Shown: positions 36,990 through 49,599, counted from the first letter of the whole stretch. The stretch: 59,687 bases of DNA, filler included, from Bonamia ostreae (GCA_040357525.1; 5 parts of 5 records of this genome joined end to end with filler, not necessarily neighbours in it), one strand, 5' to 3'. Translations and numbers: made by a program. Notes: generated by a model from the sequence alone, not told the origin.

Positions 36990-37873
36990 TTATTCCTCCT
37001 CAATTCCATTGCTTTTACTTTTCAACCTTTCACACAGTTCTTCTGCCATCGTTATCTCTAGTGAGCGGATGTCTTCCATTGACATTCCAAACCACTCATC
37101 TATCAAAAGATAGGCTTCACACTGAGCTATGGTTAAAAATTCTCTAAAATAATCCTGAAAATGAAAATAAAACCCCCATAAACTTTTCTACGATGGTCTG
37201 CAGCCCCCACCACTTAAATTCAAACCGCATTAATTTGTAGCAGCACATTATCGGTCCTTCATAATTGCTCTATAGATTATTTTTTGAACCATCCAATTTT
37301 TCCCGATATTTCTTCCTGTTTTCTTAGATTCAAAATCAGTAGGATGAACATCAACCTTGCCCTTATCCAATTCAGTTATGTCGCAGAGAATAATTTCGAG
37401 ATTCTTTTTATCCTCTTTGTTTAAGTTGAATAGTTTTTCTGGATCGGCATCAATGTGGTCGAGATGCCAAGAAGATAGATTCACATTGAGTTTTTCGTGA
37501 AATGGTTTGGTCTCAAGTTTAAAATAAAACTGTCTTGTACTCCGTGAAACAGTAGGGGTAACAGTTGTATGAGCTCTCAAGAGTGCGTGTAGAATTGAGG
37601 GAAGGAAAAAGTTTTTTTGCGAAACTCGGTATTTTTCTGAGAATTAAAAGAGGAACTTTGAGATGTAGATGCATTTTTCGGTAAATTGGCCTTTTCCATG
37701 TTCCTCGTTTTCGAAAGGTTCGTTTTTAAGAACCTTGACGCCCTCGCCGTCTATTGTGTCTCGTTCGCTTCGCTTTAAAACCATGTAGAGTTGGGCAATG
37801 TTGTATTCGTCGACCGTCATCGGTAACGGAATTTTACTTTAATTGAATTCAAAAACAATAATACTGTCCTCAT
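36990..37873 (-). CDS. phosphatidylinositol transfer protein (class I PITP-like), multi-exon
   Basis: KIPLPMTVDEYNIAQLYM, GEGVKVLKNEPF, F.SKKTGR, MCCYKL..EFKWWGLQTIVE and DEWFGMSMEDIR. Confidence 0.93.
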
Positions 37874-38149
37874 TTTCTATTTGGTTGTTTATTCGATATA
37901 TTAAAGAAAAACTCAATCCAGATTTATTGTTTGTTGTTAAACTAAGAGAATTTGTATTGTTAATTTAACTTTGTTTAAAGCGCTTAATCGATTAGGTTTA
38001 AATTTTTGATTTTTAACTGCAGTTAACATTATCGCGTAAGAACTTAAAAATACTTGAAAGCGATTTTATTGTTTTGGATAAGAATTGTTATTAAAAAATT
38101 TTTGGTCTGCATTAAAAATTGCTCATTTTTGATTATGTAGTTATTTATT

Positions 38150-41100
38150 TCATATCAAATTTCTATCTTCTAGCATTTTTATTTCTTCAACTTCGTCCTT
38201 GCTCGGGTTGACAGCAAAATAAAATCGCAAAAAGCGTTCCAAGACAAAAACGCCAATAAAATCCAGAAAGAGTAGTCCTAGAATCAAAGGAAATTCTTCA
38301 CTATCGGTAAGAGGAACCAACTGCAAATAACCATTCAAAAATGGTAGCACTCCGAGTAACGATGAAAACAGAAAAAAAGCAGCCATAACTAAAACTTTGA
38401 AATAAGGTATGTTTTCTCGCACGCTTTCCATAAAAGGTTGTCCAATGTAATTAGAGTAGAAGGTGCCTAGATTCATGAATCCCGATAAATAGAAAGACAT
38501 TGTGTTCGCTGGACTCATTTCAAAGTTATCTTCCGCGTCATTGGCATCAGGAAGAATCTGTTCGAACGCAATATTTTCTGAAATATTCATCGCAACTCTT
38601 AAAATGGTTAAATGGATCGCCAACTGCCCCGCAATGTTGAAAAAAGAGTACAAAGAGAGAGACGTCTTCTTTGGCTTCTGAGCGCTGATTTTTTCAGAGC
38701 ATTTTGCTGAAGAAACGAAAAGGAACAAAAAAGTTACGACCAATTCTTCCGCGGTGGCTTGTCTGTCGCTCATTTTGATTCCGTGAAGATATTGGTAACT
38801 TTTGATGAAAACAAAACCTGAAGAGAGCAGTGTAAACGAGACAATTGAGCGCTAAGATCTGGTACATCTGGGTGTTCACGGCTAACGTTCTGCGCCCTTC
38901 TTTTATAATGTCCAAAACTCCCTCGAGTTTGCCGAATCGAATTGTGAACGGAGAGGCTACCGACGCCACGTTCATATCGACCAAGTAGTCGTCAGAGTCA
39001 TCAAACAGAGCACTCTGCTTTGCGGGAGAAGGTTTCGCTACTTCGGAGTTCAATCTGTTGCTGCCACTTTCACACAGAGCGACTCCGATGTGAGCCTGTT
39101 TTAGCGCAGAAGCGTCGTTCGTGCCGTCTCCGCACATCAGCACAAATTCGTCCGACCTTTTTAGACTTTTGAGAACGCCCTCTTTTTGCGACGGCGACAT
39201 TCTTGCGAAAACAGAAAAGTGTTTTACGAGCGCGTCGAGTTCTGTTTTTTCCAACTCGCTTTGGAGCAACGCGAACGCCTCCCCGGTGATGCTCAAGTCA
39301 TATTCCAAGTCTTTCCTCTTGATCGCAGACAAGTTCAAATCTGCGATTTGGCTGTCGTCGTTTAAATAAGTCCAGTTCAGAGAACCCGCGTTTTTTGTCA
39401 GAGTCGCGATTCCCTTGTCGCAAATTCCGCATCGCCTCGCCACGTGGTTTGCAGTAAACGCGCTATCGCCCGTTATCATAACAGTTTTGTGCGCAGATCG
39501 GCGCAAAGACTCGAAATTAGAAAAATTACGAAAATGGTGTCGAAAGTTTGGTCTCTCATCTGCGAACTGAAGGCCAGAAAGCCGGAGAACTCGCAGTCGG
39601 AATCCAAGTTTCTAGACGAGAGTCGAAGATTCTTTGACGGCTTCATCCTTTTCAGAGCCGTCGCGATTACGCGGTATCCCTGTTTTGCATCGGAATAAAA
39701 CAAGTTTGGACAAATTGGCGCAAGTGCTGTCGTAGTCGCGGGGCACTGTCTCGAGGAGTTCCTTGACGCGTTCGCTTGCGCCTTTCACGACATAAAAGGT
39801 TTCCGAGGACCTTCGCGTCTTCAGTTCTACTACGCAAGACATCTTCTTCTCCTCGGAAGTGAAGGGAAAGCGTCTGACGATTCTTAGCGTCGCTTCGCAG
39901 TTGAAGACGTTCTTCAGGTGGATTAGGCCGGAGCGGGACATCTGCGCGTCGAGGGATTCGAACGCGGCTATTTCGAGGGAATCGCCGCTTAGGCGATCGT
40001 CTTCGAGGACGGAGAGCGAGTGGCAGCCGGCCACCACCAGCTGTGTTTTCCGAGAGGAGAGCGCCAGCTGCTTTAGAGTCTCTTCCTCCTTCTTGTGTGG
40101 GAGAGACGCCACGCCCGCCAACTCGTATTGGTCGTTTGTGAGTGTGCCCGTTTTGTCGAAGCAGCAGTATCGCAAAGAGCCGGCGGCCGGGAGACGGTGG
40201 CCCTCCGAGCAAAACACCTTTTTCTTGGAGAGCGATAGCAGCGCGTTGTTGACCGAGAGGGACAAGACCATCGGCAACTCCGTGGGGACGACCATTGTGA
40301 TTATCATGATGCAGTTAAGTAAGAGGTCGCCCGCGTCTGTGCCCGGCCGCTCTATGCTCTTCTTGAAAACGTACGCTGCGCAGCACACAGAAACACTCAA
40401 AAGAACCGCTAGAAACTTCAGCGCGTCTTTGTCGTAACCGAGAGAAGCGCTTTCGGTCGAATGGAGAATGGTGCGAAGCAACTGTCCTTGGCTGGTTGCG
40501 AAAGCTTTGGTTAGAGGGTAAACAAGTTCTCAAAGTGTACACCAACGCCCCGCCGTCAGGAGGGTCCGGAACGAGGGGCGGCACAGCTTCGCTGGGCGAA
40601 CCGATCGACGCGGAAAGAACGAAAGTTCCGCCGTTGACAGCGGAGCTTTTGTGTTTTGCGGATAGATCGAGGACCTGGTCGACTTCGTCGAAGGAGTTGA
40701 TGGCCGTTTTTGTCTGTGGTGTTGACTCGCCTGTCAATAAGGCCTCGTTGACGACGGCGGAGCCTCTTAGCAACACAACGTCGCAAGGGGCCCCGACTGA
40801 CCTTGCTGCGCGGAAAGAAAGAATATCGCCGGGGAAGATTCGGGAGGAATCGATCAGAGTCCATTTGCCGTTTCTAAAGGCGTAAATCGGGAAAGAGGGA
40901 AAGCGCATCCCACGGACATCGGACAAGTTCTTCAAACGACGATAAGCCATCGAAGCTTCGAAGAGCAATAGCATTGCGACTATGAGCAAACTGTATCCGA
41001 TGTACCCGTCCAAGGACCACAAAACGACGACTACCAACTGGAAAACGAAAAAGGGGGCCGAAATGTGCTCGATGAACAACTTTGAAAACGATATGTCGGG

Positions 41101-41684
41101 GATTTCGAACTCGTTTGGACCGTACAAGTTTTCGATCTTAACGTTGCACGAAAAACTTTTGGAATATCTTGGTCTTCGAGGCCTTTGCTTTCTAGATAAC
41201 GCTTAATGGGCATCGAAATCGGAAAAGCAACGGGCTCAAACTTTCCTGAAGACGAATCGAAAAAGTGTTTTGTCTTTTGAAACACAAAAAAAGTTTTCTG
41301 GCCTAAATCTGACAACGGGCAGATTTCTGACGAACCGCAATGAGGCAATGCCTCTACAAACGCGTGAGAAGCGTTCGAAACCGACTTTGTCTCTTGATAC
41401 ATCACAAAGCTCTTAAATTCCAAGCTCCATAAACTGCAAAGCAATGCGAACAGAAAAAGAGCCGAAATGAGTGCGAAGCAGCCCGCGAAAGCGCGAAATG
41501 GTGTGATCTCAAAACTTAAAGAGATTTCTCTCATTTTGAGGGAGAATTTTTGACCCGGAAAAGCGAACAGAAGAACAGTCGACAACAAGGAGCTAACGAT
41601 AAACGGATAGACGTTGTGGTAAAAAAGAACGTTGTTTCGTTTCCTTAACAGTCTGAAAGATTTGAACAGTTGTGTTTGCGTCAT
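38150..41684 (-). CDS. ATP13A1: P5A-type ATPase (ATP13A1/Spf1), 6 exons
   Basis: APFFVFQ, LTGESTPQ, CFDKTGTLT, KGASE, MITGD, MCGDGTND, ALNCL; five 19-22 nt introns restore the frame. Confidence 0.96.
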
Positions 41685-41900
41685 TTTGCAGTTTGATATT
41701 TTTTATGCGCTTTTTTTTAAACTCCGATTTTAAAATAGCGATTAAAAATTTGTTTTTGTGCGCTTTATTGTTTTTGTTGTTTTTATGCGCTTTGTTGTTA
41801 TTTTCGTCGCAGATCGCTTTGTAGAAAACTTATATGGATTAACTAAAGTAAGAAGTTCCACTTTAATAAGAATTATATAAGAAGTTCCCTATTTTAAGCT

Positions 41901-43389
41901 ATGCCGGAGTTAAAAGATTTAAAGATATTAGATTTTCTTCCGTCCGAATCGTAATATTTACACATTTTATTAGATCGAAACGACGGACACTCTATTCTAT
42001 CTTGATGTACCAAGATAGCGTTCTTTCTGTTCTGATCGACATCACAATCTTCGCCATTAACATCGCTTCAATAATCATCGCGATTTTGGCCGATGTCTCT
42101 GACTCGCTCAAGTTTTCTAAAGAACTTGAAGATATGAGAGCATTTACGTCCTTCCCAACGTGATTTCGATTTTGGATCTAATTTTTTTCAGCATCTACGT
42201 AGTCGTGTTCGCGGCGAAAATCGCCACCTGCAACAGCCAAACTTTGCAAGAACTAAAAATGGAACGGCAATTCGTTAACAAGTTGCCCTTCCCGTTCAAA
42301 AAAGTTTTGACTCAAACGCAAAAACTAAAATAGATAATCGCGTTTCTAATGATGCCGCTTCAACTTTTGGAATTGTTCATTCTCTTGGTCTTCGGAATGC
42401 TGTTTTGGCCATTCTCGTTTGTGATAAGAAATTTCAAAGTCTTCTTCTACATCGTTTTAACAGAAACTCTTAGTCGTTTTACATGCGCTGTCTGAAAATG
42501 GTCACGTATTTCAGGGGAGGAAGAATTTTTCTCAAAATATTGTATCGCGGTCGGAGACGTCTCTTGGAATTAGTGTTCATGTTCGTCATTTTGGCTCTTA
42601 TGCTCGGTTGTTCTGCTTTTTTGGCTGAAATGTACACAAATACGTTTTTAGATTTTGTGCTCATTTTAACGTTGTTTTTAAGTCGACTTTTTAACCAAAA
42701 TTTTTCCAAAATTCTTGTTGAGGATTGGATTGTTTTAATCAAAATCGTTTTGACGCTGATTTTTGCTCAAACTAAATATCTCAAAAATGAAAAAAAGACA
42801 AAAGACGCCGATTCCGGAATTCGCGTTTGAAAATCTGACCGATGGGATTTGGTGGGCAATAGTAACGATAACAACAACCGGGTACGGGGACTACGCGCTG
42901 TTCACGCCTGTTGGTCGCTTTATTGGGTCGATCACCATGCTCATCGGAATCCTCTACATCACAATGCCCATCAGCATCATCTCCAGCGTCTTCGAAAGCT
43001 ACGTCGTGGAAGAGGAAAAACGGCGCGAAAAATGGAGGGCCGCCATTCTCGAACGCGTGGACAGCTACGCCGGGAAAAGCACGATCGGCCCGAAGAAGAG
43101 TGTGGATCACAATCCGCGCACCCTGGAAAACATCCTTAGAGGAGATTCAGAAGACCAGTTGGGGGTGAACAGGACCGACAACATTGACTCCGACGAAAAC
43201 CTCCCTTTCAGATTCAATCGTCAAATACTGCTCCAAATCGAAAAGTTGATAGAGCGCCAACAAGGTTCTTACGACCAATTAAAAGAAATGTTGAAAGAGT
43301 CAATGCAACTAAAAACGTTTATTCAGAAGCAGCAAAATAAAAAGAAGAGGAAAAGTCGGATGGATATTCTGTCGAGAGTCAGTGTTTAG
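41901..43389 (+). CDS. 6-TM Kv-like potassium channel, multi-exon
   Basis: WWAIVTITTTGYGD filter, TPVGRFIG, S6 MPISII; upstream hydrophobic S1-S5 exons. Confidence 0.88.
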
Positions 43390-43676
43390 TAAATTTCAAA
43401 TTTGTTAAAATTTCAATTTTGCGATTCTATTTAAATTTGTAAAACAATCCATTTTAATTTTGATAAAAACAATCAATTTAATTTCTTCTATTTAAAAACG
43501 CAATCAATTTCTGGGCTTTAATTGATCGCATAAAAGAGCAAAATTAAAATATTTTCGCATTTAAAAATGCACTAAATTGGCTTCTGAACGACGAACTGCC
43601 GAAGACGGAAAATAATTTTCTCTTTTAAAAATATAATATTTTCCCTTAAAATAGTCGCTTAGACTTATAAACGAAA

Positions 43677-46425
43677 ATGTCTAAAGGAGAAAGAAACAAA
43701 AAGGAACAAATTGGCAAAATTAAAAGCTCTTCCGGAGAATCCTACTATCCGCTCCTTCTTAGATCGAATGCGAAGACAAACGAAAGCAAAAATTTAGACT
43801 TTCCAGCTGCGCAGACTTTTTCTTCCTTCTCAAACGAGCTCTTTCTCACGTCCGGATCTTTCGCCGCCGCATCTCCCCGATTAGCGAGCCCTGCTCAAGA
43901 TCGCGGGGCCAGGGAGAAAGCGAAGCGCCTTTCAGAACGAGCGAACGAGAGTCGCAACCAACTCGACTTTTTGGAAGTTGGAGGTCAAGACGAGAAATAT
44001 GAGGCGGAAGATTGCTTCTCGAAAATACCAAAAGCCTTCTTCGAAAAGGACTTTGACATTTCCAAAAATGAGACGGCTCTGGGTCTCCTCGAGAAAAAAG
44101 GTTTCGATGGCCGTTTTGAAGATTTTGTTGGATTTTTGGGAAAAGTAGACGTTTTTTACTTTTATTTCAGATTTGTCTGTTTGACCAGATTTCGTTAAAG
44201 TCCGAAGAGCTTTTTGATACATTGAATATCATTGAAGTTTTTAATATAAAATTGAAGCATAAATTTGTAAAAAAATTAATAAAAAATCTGTAAAAAACAA
44301 ATAATAAAACGAATCCATTAAAAAGGAGCTGAGCTGCCAAATAGAAAATGTAATCGAAAATTCTTTCGAAGCGAAAAAACGAATCGAAACGTTTTCAAAA
44401 AACTTTGTCCATTTGGTTAAATTTGCCTAATTTTAGAACGAAGAAATAGAAGACGCCGTAAAAAATTTGCTTTTTGCGGAAAAAACTTGCTCAGTTCTGA
44501 AAAGACTAATCGACTTAAAAACGTTTAATTAAATCGAAAAAAGCGATTTGGAAACGGCAGAAAACTTTCTGAACAAAAACAAAACGATCGACGCTTTCGT
44601 CGTTTTGCGGAAAACAATCAACGACAACGTGCTCAATTTCGAAAAAGTCACCATTTTAATAGAAATCGAGAAAAAGGCGCATCTTCTGCTGAAAAGTTCG
44701 CGAGCCAAAGTCGTTGCGAATTTTGAGGACTTTGTCAAAAATGCCAAAATAGGCAAAAATTCGAACGAAAATGAAGACTTCGAATTCATAAAAAGAGCCA
44801 TTTTGTTGTTTACGAAACATTGCGCGCTTGGGCACATAACCGCGGCGATCCAGACGACAGCAACTAAAACTGCAAAATCGTTCGTCAAAAAGGCGATCTC
44901 CACTTTGTCAAAAAAACCGAAAAACAAAAAAAGCTCTAAACTCGGAAAAACGCAAAATCCGTTAAAATCCGAAAACGAATTTGTGTTCGTTTTCGAAAAG
45001 TTTTGCGATTCCTCGCTTTCTCTGTTAAACCGATTGTCCGATTTGCTAAATCTTCTCAAAAACATATACAAAAGCTTTACGGAACAAAAGGAAAAAGAGT
45101 ACTTTGACCATTTTTTCGCTGAAACGAAAACGATTTTGGATGAAATGGCTGAATATGTTCACGGAAAATGTGATAAGCTTCTAAATTTGCATCGACAAAG
45201 CTTATTAGTTTTAAATCCGATAAATATTGGCTATTTTATGGAGAAATCAATCCGTTTTGTTGAATCTTGTGGTTTTTAAATTCGGACTTTTGATTTTTAT
45301 TGGTTTTATTGGATTTTCTGTTAGAAGAAAAACAAAATTTTTGTAAATCGTAAAATTTCAGAATCGCTGACAAATGAACCGCTTTTGAAATTAAGGGAGT
45401 CGCTTCTTTTTGTTGGCCAAGAATTTTTGTCGATTTTATCGAAAAAGCATAAAGAACAAATAGAAAAAGCCATTTTCGAAGAAAATTGGAAACCAGTTTA
45501 AAAAAAAACGTTTTAAAGATGCCATTTCCGTGGCAATATCAAGAATTGGTTGACGGAAAGTACTCGTTGAATAAAAAGACGGCGGAGACCACTTTGAATT
45601 TTGAAAAAGAAGTGCAGAAATTCTCAGTCCGATTAAACAAACAAAACGGAGAACAAAAAAATTTTGCAAAAAGTGTTCATTTTTCGGCTTTTAGGATTGT
45701 CATAATATTGTTCTTCCATTTCACGGAAGAACTGAATTTTGTTAGTTTAAATCCGCTTCTGGCGGTGAATGTTTTGGGCAGTGCGACGGAGTTGTTTTTG
45801 TTCTTCAACAGCGAACTGGTTTAAAAATTTTTCCTGAAACTGATCGCCTTTTTTATTAAATTTTATAAATCCGAAAAAGAAAAAAGCGATATTTTTGGGA
45901 AAACTTTCGTCCGGAACAAGTCAGAAAAATTTGACCGTGCGACATTTGGCCGTCGAACTTCACATTGTTTCCTTTTTGGCCGCAACAATAGACAAAATCT
46001 ATTCGCCATTCAAAGAAACGCTAAAAGGAAACAAGGTCGAAAAATGTTCGAAAATGATTAAAGCGCATTTCGACGAACACAAAAAAGCAGTTTTCGCCAA
46101 AATTGCTTCTGTCGCTGAAGAGACTATCGAATCTGAGGAGAAACAAACTTTTCAAAGTGGACTTGACGGCGATCTCAGTCAGAACATGAAATCGTTTGTA
46201 CGAAAACTGAGATATTTGAAAAAGAACACTTTCGATTATTTAGGCGATTTGGAGCAAAATAATTTACAAGAAGTCGTTCATGGCGCGTTTGAACGCAAAA
46301 TTCAAACTTTAATTCGAAAACACAAAATTGAATGGGGAAGTGCCGACTTAAATTATTTGAAAGAGCACTTTAAAATGATTTGGGGCAGCAACGATGCTTT
46401 AGAAGAAATGTTCGCGGAATTTTAA
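43677..46425 (+). CDS. VPS54: GARP complex subunit Vps54-like, multi-exon
   Basis: IPKAFFEKDFDI, LFDQISLKSEELFDTL and C-terminal KNLTVRHLA...F.EH...FAKI match the Vps54 pattern. Confidence 0.65.
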
Positions 46426-46792
46426 TAAACGAATAATTATTTTTGTGTTCGTTTTTGCCAATAATCAGCCAACTGCTATAAACAAATGGTGGAAAATGCA
46501 ACAATATAAACAAATTGCGGTAAAATAGCTAAATTGGATTACGAAATGTAGTAAAGAAGATTAAACGGTAATGAAAATTGCAGATTAAATTAGTTCTAAA
46601 TTGATATCTTTCAATGGAAATGACCAAAAAATAATAAGTCTGAACAAAAACGATAAAAATGCAATAAAACGGGAAAATGTGAAAATGTTTTATCACAAAA
46701 GTATAACCATTATTTTATCATTAACATTAAAAAGTGTTTAAAATTTCGTGGATAAATTATATGATTTATATGATAAATTCTATGTATAAAAA

Positions 46793-46866
46793 TGGACGAT
46801 ACGGGAATCGAACCCGTGGCCTCGTTGGTGCTGACAACGTGTGATAAACCACTACACCAATCGCCC
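46793..46866 (-). tRNA. tRNA-Ala(AGC)
   Basis: Cloverleaf GGGCGAT/ATCGTCC-A with G3:U70; anticodon arm CGTTG-TCAGCAC-CAACG; T arm ACGGG-TTCGATT-CCCGT. Confidence 0.93.
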
Positions 46867-47382
46867 TAATTACGATGAAAAATTAAAGTATAAATATGTT
46901 TATAATTAAGAATTGGTTAGAAAAATCTTGCGATATTCAAATTTCTATTCAGTACTTTTTTATTAATTGTAAATCATTCTCTTTTTATCTCTCTTTTCTA
47001 ATTAATTGTAATTTCCTTTTTTCTGGCGGAGGTCGATTCTCAATCAGAAGTTTAATTTTTCGTTTCTAAATATATTCTTTACATTCTATATTTTTATTAT
47101 CGCAGAGACGTTTTTATCGTCCACACAAGAGATCCTGTATAAGAAACTTTTTTTGCTTGACCAACTAATATTTTTCAGACATGTGCATCTTTGTTTTTGA
47201 TGGCAGTGTGTTTAATTTGTTAATTTTTTCTATTGTTGATAAAAGATAAATAAATCTGAATTCTTTTTATAATTAGATTTCTGCAATATTCAGATTATTT
47301 TATGGAATAGCGACGAAAAATTAAGCAATTTAGAAGATAAACTTCTACTATGAAAAATAAATTTCTACAATCTATTTACATT

Positions 47383-47951
47383 TCAAACTTTTCTCATTTC
47401 GTTGATTTTCTCTTGGTTGCTTTGAACTTTTTCCTTCGTGAGAGGATAAAGATACAACCAAAATATGCAACATAGAACAGAAAAAAGCGGCAAAACAGAA
47501 GCGCCGTATCGGATAGCGTTGATTATGCTCTTCGGCTGCTCCTTTGCGAAGGATCCATCAGGTTTTTTAGTTACAGTTCCACTCCATTGAATGATTAGCC
47601 CTGTTAACCCATGCGCACAACCGACGGACACTTTCTGAAAGAAGATAAAAATCGAAGAAAAAGCGCCTTCTCGGTTATTTTTCGTCTTAATATAGTCTTC
47701 GACGATGACATCATTGAGCATGCACGAAGAAAGATAGAATCCAGCTGCGGTTCCGAAACCAGAAAGAATGGCGACAAACACTAACACAACTTTGCCTACT
47801 AATCCTTTGGGTACGTAAGCAATCACAATAATGAACGGGATTGCAAAGAAAAACATCGAAGTCATCCAAGTCACTCTTTTTCCAAATTTCGATATCGCGA
47901 ATTTGAGAGGAAACACAAAAAATATTTAAGAAACTATCGCTGTCAACATCG
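47383..47951 (-). CDS. GPH-family MFS transporter (MFSD2/MelB-like), 5' truncated
   Basis: KFGKR, MLNDVIVED..REGAFSSIFIFFQK and YPLT motifs. Confidence 0.85.
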
Positions 47952-48051
47952 NNNNNNNNNNNNNNNNNNNNNNNNNNNNNNNNNNNNNNNNNNNNTTAAT
48001 TAATTAANNNNNNNNNNNNNNNNNNNNNNNNNNNNNNNNNNNNNNNNNNNN
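47952..48051. other. artificial scaffold-joining spacer
   Basis: N44-TTAATTAATTAA-N44. Confidence 0.97.
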
Positions 48052-48127
48052 GCACCAAAACTCTTTTCGAAAGTTGTGTGGAGAAATGTTTTAAGACGCG
48101 TGTGTTTTTGCGCAAAAGAAAGTTCAT
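48052..48127 (-). CDS. 5' fragment of a gene with a mitochondrial-presequence-like N-terminus
   Basis: MNFLLRKNTRVLKHFSTQLSKRVLV: basic, no acidic residues; runs off the scaffold. Confidence 0.45.
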
Positions 48128-48227
48128 GTCGGAATAAAATGAAACTTTGAAATTAGGTTATTTAAATTATAAATGGTTTCTATATAACATATTAAAAATT
48201 TAGAAAGACTAAAAATTTAATCCCGGA

Positions 48228-48562
48228 ATGGTTTATACTAATTTTATTAATTTGTAGAAGCTGACGAAAATTACTCCGATGCTCAATCGCGTCCTCGTGA
48301 AAAAATTGAAGCCGCCTACGAAATCAGCGGGCGGAACAATCATCCCACAAATGGAGCACGCTGAATCTCGAGAAGTTTCATTTCCAAACAAAAGGGTGTT
48401 GTCGTAGCGATGGGGAAATTATCAAAGAAGGAATATGATATCGTAAAAGTCGGCGATATGGTCTTGCTCCCCGAATTTGGAGGCGTTCAGCTAAACATGG
48501 GAGAGCCCAATAGCCATATCTTAGTGCAAATCGAAGATATTCAAGCCAGAATCGATAAATAA
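48228..48562 (+). CDS. HSPE1: chaperonin 10 (Hsp10/Cpn10), 3 exons (absent from the ORF track)
   Basis: M|KLTKITPMLNRVLVK..KSAGGTIIP..|GVVVAMG..VKVGDMVLLPEFGG; introns 48231-48257 and 48375-48394. Confidence 0.92.
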
Positions 48563-48590
48563 TCACTTCATGACCATTTTTATCAAATCT

Positions 48591-48795
48591 TTGCATTTTT
48601 GTTTACGGTTCTGTAACCGACTTTTTGTTTTCGAAGATTTGTCGTTTTTGGATTTCATCCGTAAAAATGCAAATGTTATTTAAAATATGACCGTTTTTGA
48701 GTTTATCGAGATTTGATCAATTTTTGCATTTTTGTTTACGGTTCTGTAACCGACTTTTTGTTTTCGAAGATTTGTCGTTTTTGGATTTCATCCGT
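48591..48795. repeat. local duplication, 133-bp period with about 72 bp identical core
   Basis: TTGCATTTTTGTTTACGGTTCTGTAACCGAC...CATCCGT at 48591 and 48724. Confidence 0.9.
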
Positions 48796-48813
48796 TAAAA
48801 AATAGGAAAAAAA

Positions 48814-49599
48814 TTAAGTAGATTGATATAACAACAACATTGTTGGCCGACCGTGTGCACAATATAGTGGATTATCACAATTTCCGAGATTTCTCAAAAT
48901 TTTTTTCTACATCTCTAAATTTAAAAAAATCAAGGAGCTAATAAGCGCTAATTAGCCATTAAAGCTCTTTTATACAAAATTTTAAACTTTATTGATAACT
49001 TATCTCCAAATTTAACAGCGGATTTACAAGCTTTATTAGCGGCCATTTCAACGAAAATGTTTGGCAAAAATGCATCTATTTTTTTATAAAAGTATTGAAA
49101 ATTTACATTTTTATAAGAAACTTGAATTGATATCTTTTAATAACAGTAAAAGTTTTTGAGGTTTAATAAATCGATCAAACACAAAAGGAACTGCAATAAT
49201 TTGAATATTGTAATTATTTTTAGTAACAAATTTTTGTAATTATTTTTTTTGTACAATTTGACTGATTTAAATTGACTTTCGGTCAATTTTAACATTTTAA
49301 TTTTAATTTTTTTAGAAAGTATTTTAAAATTTCTTAGTAATCGTTCAAAATTTATTCTTTCTGAAGCTGCATGTTGATCAATAACAAAACTTAAATTTAA
49401 AAATTTTGAACATTGATTTGTTGTTTTTAGCCAAAATGAATTTGTCTTCTATTTGGCCGATTCCGAAAACTTCCAAATTTTTAAAATCAGTTTTTTTTTC
49501 TATTTTAGTCAATTTTTCATTGCTTTCAAATTCTATAAAAGGTTTTATGAAATTTGAAGCAATTTCTTTAAGACAAAAACTTGTTCTATTCGATTCCAT
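48814..49599 (-). CDS. MLH3: MLH3-like MutL C-terminal endonuclease domain only (possibly a pseudogene)
   Basis: GQIEDKFIL, IDQHAASERI, KACKSAVKFGD and CAHGRP; no GHKL ATPase region; apparent 1-nt frameshift near 48900-48906. Confidence 0.7.

Noticed and set aside
12195-48051. TTAATTAATTAA palindrome recurring about every 12 kb
   Set aside because: Always centred in exactly 100 positions with N44 on each side, and the spacing falls steadily: an artificial linker between size-sorted scaffolds.
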